Assembly (NCBI GenBank): GCA_951406725.2 | Contig: OX597821.1 | Coordinates: 52,824,001 to 52,888,000, forward strand | DNA: 64,000 nucleotides | From: Octopus vulgaris | Taxonomy: Eukaryota | Direction of reading: 5' to 3' | Part shown: positions 53,875 to 64,000 of the stretch, piece after piece | How the letters are laid out: the number at the start of each line of letters is the position of its first letter | Position numbering within the stretch: position 1 is the first letter of the stretch | The notes under the pieces: model-generated | Database searches by the model: none | What the model saw: the letters and a program-made list of their open reading frames with translations, nothing else | What the model was told of the DNA's origin: nothing | Translations under genes and position numbers: made by a program

Positions 53875-54198
53875 CTATATTTGTATGTTTACTTGTTTGT
53901 TCGTGGACAAAATATCTCAAGAACCGCAGAATGGATTCGGATGAAACGTTCAGGGATGTTTGGCCTGGTGACTGGCACGAACTGATTAGATTTGGGGATC
54001 GATCCGGTACCGGACAAGGATTCTAGATTATTTTTCTTGTTTTTTTAATTAATTTTTGAGAATCGTTGGGTTCATTTTTAGTATTCTCGTTTGTCAGAGC
54101 AGTCGAGTTTATTTCAGCTATTCTCATTTAATAGTCATCCCTGGCTAATCATTGAGAGGACTGTTGCCTTGACGGAGGTTTGCACTCGGTGAGTGCCC
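53875..54198 (+). mobile_element. Helentron/DINE-1-like non-autonomous element, 5' end missing
   Basis: (GTTT)-like repeat, core GGACAAAATATCTCAAGAACCGC...GGATTCGGATGAAAC, subterminal CCTTGACGGAGGT (54167-54179) and 3' stem-loop GCACTC-GGT-GAGTGC (54182-54196) followed by TT. Confidence 0.65.
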
Positions 54199-54202
54199 TT
54201 AT

Positions 54203-54617
54203 TACTCTTACTCTTTTACTCTTTTACTTGTTTCAGTCATTTGACTGCGGCCATGCTGGAGCACCACCTTTTAGTCGACCCCGGGACTTATTCTTTGTAA
54301 GCCCAGTACTTATTCTATCGGTCTCTTTTTGCCGAACCGCTAAGTGACGGGGACGTAAACACACCAGCATCGGTTGTCAATCAATGCTTGGGGGACAAAC
54401 ACAGACACACAAACACATACACACACATATATATATATATATATACATATATACGACAGGCTTCTTTCAGTTTCCGTCTACCAAATCCACTCACAAGGCA
54501 TTGGTCGGCCCGGGGCTATAGCAGAAGACACTTGCCCAAGATGTCACGCAGTGGAACTGAACCCGGAACCATGTGGTTGGTTAGCAAGCTACTTACCACA
54601 CAGCCACTCCTGCGCCT
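54203..54617 (-). mobile_element. Near full-length tRNA-derived SINE (family A)
   Basis: Head AGGCGCAGGAGTGGCTGTGTGG (A box) and GGTTCAGTTCC (B box), internal (TA)/(TG) tract, and (AAGAGTA)n tail. Many homologues occur in the window. Confidence 0.85.
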
Positions 54618-54621
54618 ATAA

Positions 54622-54653
<32 letters not shown>

Positions 54654-54655
<2 letters not shown>

Positions 54656-55570
54656 GTTTGACTTTTGTTTTGTATTTGTACAAGTTGGTTCCAAGTCTCC
54701 CCCAGAGACTTCAAGAGACAACAAGTTAGAAGTTCATGTTGGTGTTATGCCTAAGGTGTCATATATTTGGTTTTGCACATAATGTTGTTCTAGAGAATGC
54801 TAAAGAAAACAAAAAAATTATAAGTTCGTTTTAAAATTTGAGATTACATAGACAGTATTTTACGTACTGTCTATCTTTTCAATTTCTGCCATTTTGGGGT
54901 TTCCTGGTATATGAGCTAGGTAGCAATCAGCCCATTTTGTTATCATTCCTTGGGCACCTTTGACAATTGCTTTAGTCTTGGTGTTCCACATTTTGCCAGT
55001 TTCTATTACAGGATCTTTATACTTGCTAAGTTTTTGCTAGGTCTTGACAGACACTTTATGTCGACTAGGACAGTCATATCAATGAGGAGGCATGATTTCT
55101 GTCTGAAGTCTTTCAATATAATGTATGGCTTATTCGTATCTATCTTTCTGTCAGTTTGAATGGTGAAGTTCCAGAGGAGTAAGATGTGATCATTTTCAAG
55201 CACTGTAGGTGATTTGTGTTCCCACCAGTTTTTATCATGGGACAGATCCAGGATTTTGCAAATTAACCAGTGAATATATTGTGTAGCTCGATCATGACTG
55301 TTCAGATACTCTGTAGGTGCTAGAAGACTGCACTTGGAGACAACAGGGTCAATAGTTGTTGTTGACAGACACGACGTGTTGGGCTACTGCCTTTTAATAT
55401 GTTGGCCTGGTAGTTCCTTGTAGGTAGGCATTGATCTTGGGCTGCTATGATAAAACCTTCTGTTTCTGATTTTAATTCAGAAGACAGCAACCATTGATGG
55501 CTAAGGGTTTTGTCAACATCGGCACCATTAGCTCCCTTTGGGTATTTGCATTAGAGAGATTTTTTTTGCC
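54654..55570 (-). mobile_element. 5'-truncated R4/Dong LINE (C-terminal zinc knuckle and REL endonuclease) embedded in a (TAA)n microsatellite
   Basis: Reads HQWLLSSELKSETEGFIIAAQDQCLPTRNY, EYLNSHDRATQYIHWLICK, LLWNFTIQTDRKIDTNKPYI, CLLIDMTV. (TTA)n lies on both flanks: 54621-54653 and 55571-55652. Confidence 0.88.
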
Positions 55571-55655
<85 letters not shown>

Positions 55656-56676
55656 CAATCATACTTTTATTGCCTGATTTCATTGCTTTTTGGAAATCTT
55701 TCTCGCTGCATTTCTTATGAGTTCAATGATTTGCATTTTCTATTATATCGACATCAGTTGCTCTCAGTTATGTTATTTCCCGTATGTTGTGCATGTATGA
55801 TTGTTTTGGGGGTTGAACTGATCCCATCTCTTTCCAGTGTCCACATTTTGAAAACCTTTTTACTCTGGTCTTTAAATGTAAGATTAAAGCCCTACATTTT
55901 ACACCTTGTCATATTAATTCCTTATTTACAAATTATCATTAACAAAGATGATGTCGGATCGAATCACGTATTTACGTTGTAAGATCAGTTACTAAATTCA
56001 ATACATTACCTCGGTTTGTACTGTATTAACTCTGCTTTCCATAAGAATAGGACTCCATTTTTACGCAACCAGAAGACATTTTTTACATGTAATCTAATGA
56101 GATACTAGTCGGTTTTACTGAGTTCCCACTACTTGCAATCAGATGTTACACCGTGCTTGAGCAAGGTTTCTCAAAATTAAAGAGCTATAAAGTGTATCAG
56201 GTGGTTTCTGAAATGGTGACTCAGTTTTCTATCGTTGTGTCAAACTGTACATCGTACATGTTTCTATGAAAACAAGTGAGAAGAGACGAGGCTCTCATAT
56301 ATCAGGTAGATCATAAATATATTCAAGCTGACAGATTGATCGACGAGAAGTATATCTAAACATGAAACCACACGAAAAACTCTTCCTTGATTCATTCTAA
56401 AGAAAATGTGTTCAAACAATACAGTCTGTGCACGCGGGCTCACACACAGAAACACACGTACACGCAAGGAAAAACACTCACATACAAACACACGCACACC
56501 CACAAACACGTATACATATACACGTACATACACACACACACGTATACACACATACGCACACACACGTACACACACACATAAACACGCGCACACATACACA
56601 CACAGGCGCACAGATGCACTCGCACGCACTCACTATACGCTAACCTATATATTAATGCGTATATGTGCATACGTAG

Positions 56677-56920
56677 AGGGCGTGGCTTAGTGATTCGGAA
56701 TTTCAACTTAAGATCGCCGGATTGTGGTTTCGTTTCATTCACCGGACGATGCATTGTGTTCTTGAGCAAAACACTTCATTTCATGTTGCTCCCGTCTACT
56801 CAGCTGGCTGAAATCAATAATCCTGGGACGGACCGGCGTCACGTTCCGGGAATTTGGGGTAATATGCGCGTCACGGAAACTGTGTAACTGTCCCCGTGAA
56901 TCTATATGACTCAGGAATAT
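56677..56920 (+). mobile_element. tRNA-derived SINE related to family C
   Basis: GGGCGTGGCTTAGTG head and core TTGTGTTCTTGAGCAAAACACTTCATTTCATGTTGCT. Confidence 0.65.
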
Positions 56921-56949
56921 TATTTACCCTCCATCCTTATATATACAAT

Positions 56950-57004
<55 letters not shown>

Positions 57005-57114
57005 ATACATGTGCACATTTAAGTATATATATGCACACACACACATACTCACATACACACACACATAATAGAAAGCAGAAAGGGAGGAGATATGAATTGA
57101 ATATGCTTATTTAT

Positions 57115-57417
57115 ATTTGGCTCAGTGGTTAGAGCGTCGAGCTCACGATCGTGAGGTTGTGAGCTCGAATCCCGGACCGGGATGTGTGTTGTGTTCTTGA
57201 GCAAGGCACTTTATTTCACGTTGCTGCAGTTCACTCAACTGTAGAAATGAGTTGCGACGTCACAGGTGCCAAGCTGTATCAACCCCTTTGCCTTTTCCTT
57301 GGATAACACTGGTGGCGTGGAGAGGGGAGGCCGGTATGCATGGGCGACTGCTGGTCTTCCATAAACAACCTTGCCCGGACTTGTGTCTAGGAGGGTAACT
57401 TTCTAGGTTCAATCCCA
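57115..57417 (+). mobile_element. tRNA-derived SINE (family C)
   Basis: TGGCTCAGTGGTTAGAGCG (A box), GCTCGAATCCC (B box), core TTGTGTTCTTGAGCAAGGCACTTTATTTCACGTTGCT. Related heads at ~56677-56920 (+), ~31380-31610 (+) and ~24560-24695 (-). Confidence 0.75.
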
Positions 57418-57676
57418 TATATATATATATATATATATGCTAACGAAATAATGATTAATAATTGGACTTACTGGAATTTAACTACATAGGACTATATACC
57501 TAGCCCTTTCTTTTGGTTACTATGAGGTTTGCATCTTGATTCACTGCAGGAACTTACTGTGAGTACCACTGGATTAGGTCAATCCATATATTGTGCAACA
57601 GTGCTGTACCGTTGAACTCTACACAGTTTTTCTCTCTCCCTCTTTTTCACACCCACCCCTTTTTTCTCTCTTAATA

Positions 57677-57712
57677 CTTTCTGTTGAAGAGCGTAGGCTC
57701 GAAACGTAAAAG
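57677..57712 (+). ncRNA. Variant minimal hammerhead-like motif within a dispersed repeat (~57615-57810)
   Basis: CTTT CTGTTGA A GAGC-GTAG-GCTC GAAAC GTA AAAG. Confidence 0.55.
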
Positions 57713-57825
57713 AATTTTTCCATTTCTACCGAGCATTACACTAATACACCTGCTTCTTCCTACACCTTTCATCGTCTCATCATCTTTTGTTTTCTGCAAA
57801 TCTGAACTATATATATTTACATGCA

Positions 57826-57908
<83 letters not shown>

Positions 57909-57917
57909 GTGTACACA

Positions 57918-57952
<35 letters not shown>

Positions 57953-58821
57953 CTCATATATATATACACATACATACGCACACACACACACACACACACA
58001 CACACTCGCTCACGCATGGTGATGTGTGCGAGTGAAAGTATTAACAGTAGAACTAGGTTGGGTACAGGGGAAGAGATAAATAGATCAGATGTTTGGCGTA
58101 TGTGAAATGCGAGGGTTAAAAAACGAGGGATGAGGGTATGTTCAGATTTTATACAAGATCTGTAGTAATTGTAAAAATAAAAATGAATATAAAACAAAAA
58201 TAAATTAAACACATGCATTAGCAAACATACATAACACGTACACACGCAAAGTAAACGCGCACATACATAAACACACTCACAAAACGCACATACGCCACAC
58301 ACATACACACACTCAATACACACACATAACAAATACAGAAAACACAAACCACATACGTAACACAAACACACACAAAATACACACTCACAAAACGCACACA
58401 GAAAACACCCACATATATAGGTCCTACACAGTTGCCAAACCTTGGGAGTTGCAACTAACAAATACAAATGTCTGATAGTATCTTCTATAAATGTTCTTAT
58501 GTTTTTTTTCTAAACATAGCAACTCTCAGTATAAACCATTTGCGAGTGTGAATACGCGCACACACACACACACACAAACGCACACGTGGACACCATTGTG
58601 CACACGCATAGACATACACATAACCGCACGTATACGTAGAGACTGTGTGGGTGTATGTCAATGTGTGCGTGTGTGTATGCAGAGAAATATATACTTTTTT
58701 TTTTTACTTTTAGAAACATAACCTAGTGAAAAAAACTGCTTTTACTTATCAAAGCCAATAAAATTTTCTTGACGTATGGTGATACGTTATACATACGAAA
58801 ATCATGTATATGTATGTACAA

Positions 58822-58869
<48 letters not shown>

Positions 58870-58949
58870 GTATGTATACACACTCACACACACAAATATT
58901 AAACACAAATTTTCGTGTACTTGCATTTGCATGAATGTACTTTTACATG

Positions 58950-59015
<66 letters not shown>

Positions 59016-60254
59016 CCGCTCTACTTATCTCTCTCTCTCTTTCACTCACTCTCTGTCACTATGTGTGTGTGAGTAAGCACACATAAAGATATGTGTATAT
59101 ACAGATATAAACAAAGACACGGAATTATTTCTACAATGTTTAACATACATTCTTGCAACACTAATTCATTTCAGAGATAACGTTTCGCGTTAATAATTAA
59201 AAATACGTGCAATTAGTGAAAATTATAAACTTAGAGAAATATTAACGTTAATTAAACAGAAAATAAGTCGTATTGTGTTTCAATTTATTTTGATAAAATA
59301 CAACTTAAATGTATTGTAGTATTTGTTGCATAAGAAATCGGGGCTTGTTTATCTCCTCAATATTATTGCTAGGATTACATTATCATATGCGTCTCTTTGC
59401 TTTCATGACGGTTGGGTGTAATTTGAGGAAAATTTGACTACTGTTTCTAACTGATGGACGAACGATTTAAAGTCTGAATCGTATGTTCGTTGTGGACCAG
59501 TTGTTTTATGGAACATGGAACTACTGAGAATTTGTGGGGTTGTTTCTGTGTCTAAGGTATCAGCAACACAGTTAAAAATTAATAGCTTTAACCAGGATTC
59601 GAAACTACATCCACTCCCTCAGATCTAACATTTTAATTGCATTGTATTTACGCCAGCTTTGAAACAAAAGTATTTAATACCAATCCTAACAACCAGCTGG
59701 ATTGGTATTAAACAGCAACGCTGGATCCATTAACGTACATAATCTATGGAAACATAAGCTAGGTTCAGAGCAAGCAGCTTCATTTCAACTCTGCATTTAC
59801 CCGATTCGAGAAAGTCATGAGCAGCGCCGGCACTCGGAGGTGCAGGATCTAATTAGAAAATTGACAGTGAAGGCCCTCTACTCTGCAAAATCTGAAGATT
59901 GATGTTTTTTGTATGCCAGTCCCTGACAAAAAGCGTTGAGGGCTTGAGACTGCATCCAATATTAGCCACAATGATATTCTAAAAGTTCATCATAGCGTCC
60001 TCTACTCGAGGGCGTGTGTGGAGACCTCTCTTGGCGCGGGACCCAATTTGAACAAATCTGTCTAACTGGCTGAAAACCGGTCCCCATCGTGAGTAAACGG
60101 CAGAGAGGTCATATGTCTTCTCTGTCGGTATGTACGGTAAGAAATGCTACGCCCACCTTCTGACGGTCAACGTAATATCATCAAATACCCTGCTTGTTGG
60201 GCATTCCAACATTTCTTATCAAAGTGTCTGTACTTCGATGCCTTTATCTAGGAC

Positions 60255-60500
60255 AGTGGTTCTCAAACAGAATACATATGGGCCTTGGTTGTCCATATAA
60301 GATTTTGCTGTTAAAATTCATGTGCAACAAATAGGTTACATTTTTACAATGCTCAAGTATTTTAACAATTTTGTTTGTATACTTCTTAGTGATATTTGAT
60401 TATAAAATATAATGGGACGTTTTTAAACATCGAATGTTTATCAGGCTCCAGTAGAAGAGAATAGGGATCAAGAGGTCCATAGACAAACATTGTTGAGCTA
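60255..60500 (+). mobile_element. Possible hAT/Charlie-type MITE remnant
   Basis: Begins with CAGTGGTTCTCAAAC, a typical hAT-Charlie terminus. The opposite terminus is degenerate. Confidence 0.35.
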
Positions 60501-61137
60501 TTAAACATTTGAGTCTTCTCAGCTGTTCCTCGATTTGCTAGAAATAGTAGCCGAAACTTTTTCATGTAGTTGGTTATTTGAAAAGACAGGGCAGATTGAA
60601 TAGTGGGATCTTGATACGTTATTTTTAAGAGAAAATATTATACCTAAGCCAGTTACTATTGAAATACCTTTGATTATAAATCTACATAAGAACTAAGTGT
60701 AAACACCAACCACCACCACCTAAAAGAAGAAGAAGGAGGAGAAGAAGAAACAGTAGAAGAAGAGCAACAACAATTGCATTTGAAGCAGCATTGAAAAACT
60801 TAATTAAGAACTGAAGCAATTCCTCAAACTTCCTAGCTTGGTTCTCTTTCTCCAGACCAGCATCATACTGGTGAGAGACTCCATGAGGAAGTCTTACACG
60901 TGGGTAGTCGATATGCTAAAAATAGCAGTTAAATGTCACATGTAACCTTAAAAATGGTACACTTATTATGAAGATACATATACATACATACAAATATACA
61001 TAAATGCATACATACATGCATATACTCTCCCGCTCCTTCACACACACATATAGTGATACAAATAGTAAACAAAATTCAAAACCTGAATATTTAGATTTAT
61101 ATATATATATGTGTGTGTGTGTGTAATGATATGTATG

Positions 61138-61188
<51 letters not shown>

Positions 61189-61190
61189 AT

Positions 61191-61240
<50 letters not shown>

Positions 61241-61258
61241 CAAACACATATATACACA

Positions 61259-61348
<90 letters not shown>

Positions 61349-61745
61349 CTAAGACGTGATGGCCATAGGCTGAACAATTTGATAAAGCATCTAGAAGTCG
61401 ATTATAGCCTGCTTTTCAACAAATTAGCTGTCTTGTTATTTTGACATCGCATTTAAAGACAATATACTCATCATTTTATTCTAATTAAATTATTCGTCTA
61501 ATCCAGAGAGACACCTACAGCAATTACTGAAAATCAAGCAAGACATGACAGCTAATTCTCATTTTCCTACTTTACTTATCTTTAGCATAAGTAAATAGGT
61601 ATTTCATAATGTAGGACTACAGACAGTATGTCAGTAATAGGAGATGATCACGGCTAGAACAATAGTAGTCATATGTTTGATCTTTCAGGACAAATTAATC
61701 TAACCTTAAATAGGAAACAACTTGTTGCAGATGTTCTTTGGAAAT

Positions 61746-61791
<46 letters not shown>

Positions 61792-62091
61792 CAACAAACA
61801 AATTAACAAACACACACATACGCAGGTGTACATTAGATCGCATTCTCACTCACTAACACATATACTTACTGGTGCACATAGTTATACACCCATCCACTCT
61901 CACACACACGCACTAAAAGAAACTTTTATAGAATTACACATGCTAATACCTGAGTCGACACATGCACGCTTACACATACACACATATATATATATATACA
62001 CAACGATGTAAGTTAAAAAGTTAAACCAAATTGTTGACATTATTAAACAAATCATTAATTCATTAATTAAACTGCAAACTGAAAAACCAAC

Positions 62092-62806
62092 CTGCATAGC
62101 GTAGCCCGACGCTTTCCTTTAAGACATGTTTGGCATCTTGAGTATGTTCGAGCCAGATATGCTCCTCGTATCGAAATCTTTTCGCTGTCATATGTTTAGC
62201 AATTGCACTGGAAGCCAAATAACAAAAATTAGGTGAAATACTGTCATATCCTTTATATTGGCTGATGAGTTTGGCCCGATCCCATTTATGGCCCTTAAGG
62301 ATCTGTAAAAAGTAAAATCCCAATGTGTCAAATGTAATTCCCATCCGAGTAAGCGTTTTATATTCATCCTTGGGTTCAGTTTTTGCAGCAAAATCGTGCG
62401 CCATTGCCCCCGGGGTGACGACGGGTAGATTCCAGTACACTGCATAACGTGCCACCGGTGCAAGGCTGTAGTCGCAAACAGGGCCGAAAAATACATTCAC
62501 TGTTTTGTTACTGTAGAAATCGAAAGCTCTGATGGGTCCAAGCTGGCTACTGCAACGAGAATCTGCATATAAAGCCACGATCTCAACATCCGATGGTAAG
62601 ATGGTGTGTCTGACTTTTTCTAGTGCCACTGTTATTGCTGGCTGGGTGCGATCCAAAGAATAGAGTCTACTATTATCACTCGGAATAATTACAGCCATAT
62701 ACACTGTTTGGACGGCATGATCCAATTTTGCCAAACTTAGAAGGATGCCGAAGATAGTAAGACAACTATAGCATGTTGTTTTCGTTGACATTTTATGAAC
62801 TTTCAT
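62092..62806 (-). CDS. First coding exon of a natriuretic peptide receptor / receptor guanylyl cyclase-like protein (signal peptide plus N-terminal part of the ANF-receptor ligand-binding domain)
   Basis: ORF 62063-62806 has a hydrophobic leader (CLTIFGILLSLAKLDHA) and family-typical motifs: PAITVALEKV, YADSRCS, VNVFFGPVCDYSLAPVARYAVYWNLPVVTPGA, EYKTLTRMG. A donor site TATGCAG|GTTGGT ends the exon at 62092 (715 nt, phase 1), at a position comparable to the end of exon 1 in vertebrate NPR genes. NPR-A/B type versus NPR-C type cannot be told from this exon. Start could be ATG 62806 or 62791. Confidence 0.9.
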
Positions 62807-63364
62807 TTAGTTTTAGCAAAAAGCTAGAGATTCTATTACTAAATATTATCAAATGATAACCGCGCTTGATTCCACGTTTCGCTGTGTTTTAAAAATTTGA
62901 TTGTTATCATTAGTTATCTGTGTTTCGTTGTAGCCAGCAGAAATTAGTATAGAAACATTTTATCTCGTAGGAACGAACTATTTACCACTGAAACACGCTT
63001 AGTGTCATATTTCCACTTGCTCACGAGACATACTAAATCTCCGTGTCATAGTTTCCCTCAAAAAAAAAAAAAAGGCAACCAAAAATAACAAAAAGAAAAA
63101 TCAATTAATTAAATTGAAACCTGCTTTTACAGTGAAGCTAGAACCGGCATCTGTAAACGCATGCGGCTATCTATATTTTCTCTACACTAAACAGTGTGAT
63201 CGCACTCACACAAATACACAGGCAAACGGATATTCACAAACAAACGCGCGCATAAAAAGACGCAACTACGGATACGCATGCTTAGAAACTAAGTATACAC
63301 GCATACAGACATATATACACACATACATATACACACACACTCAATCACACATATACACACACAT

Positions 63365-63448
<84 letters not shown>

Positions 63449-63613
63449 TCAATCACACACAGAGCTAAAGCTAAACGTGGAATAATGTAAAACTATGTGA
63501 CATATTTAAATACAAGTAAATATTTATATATTCCCGAAGAATTTCATATTTTATATAAATATTAAACTTTCAAAATACAAATCGCCGTTTCGCACTCACT
63601 CTGTTTCATTCAT

Positions 63614-63670
<57 letters not shown>

Positions 63671-64000
63671 AATACACACGCACACTATTCCTCTTACACT
63701 ATGCGTATATATAATTGTGTGCGTGTGTGCGTCTATGCATGTGTGAGCGTTCGCGCGTGTGTATGTGTATGTATGCGTGCATGTGTGTGTAGGTGTGTGT
63801 GTAGGTGTGTGAGTGTGTGTGTGTGTGTGTACGCGCTTTATAATGCTGTTTGGTTATTTAACAAACGAGTAAGTTATTCCGTCTATGCATTCCTCGGCGT
63901 GGTAAGATCATCAATGTGAAGTCTCCCACATTTATTATATATACAGGAGCAGAGAAAACACTCCACTCAGACGAATAAACACAAACAAGCGCGCACGCAC

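Noticed and set aside
57118-57185. tRNA-like sequence with A and B boxes (also 17969-18040)
   Set aside because: There is no complete cloverleaf and it continues into a SINE body, so it is a SINE head rather than a tRNA gene.

Overview
AT-rich, microsatellite-dense animal genomic DNA. The tRNA-derived SINE families and repeat style suggest an octopus (coleoid cephalopod); this is inference. The only convincing host coding sequence is the first coding exon (62092-62806, minus strand) of a natriuretic-peptide-receptor/receptor-guanylyl-cyclase-type gene, with a signal peptide and the start of an ANF-receptor ligand-binding domain. I found no second exon, so the remaining ~62 kb is probably one very large intron. 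That region holds decayed transposons: R4/Dong LINEs at (TAA)n, RTE and Tx1 LINE ends, a Penelope-like element with inverted terminal repeats, a Tc1 IR/DR end, a Helentron-like element and many SINEs. The most notable unexplained signal is a set of type I hammerhead-ribozyme-like motifs read by eye, with different core variants (C3-G8, U3-A8, A3-U8, and an A6U plus extra-A form). They sit in fold-back palindromes or in a 363-nt-period, retrozyme-like direct repeat. There is also a twister-like motif at the 5' end of an RTE-derived element. Most of these motifs are in the sense of the receptor pre-mRNA. Nearly all other ORFs in the supplied track are microsatellite artefacts. Element boundaries are approximate.
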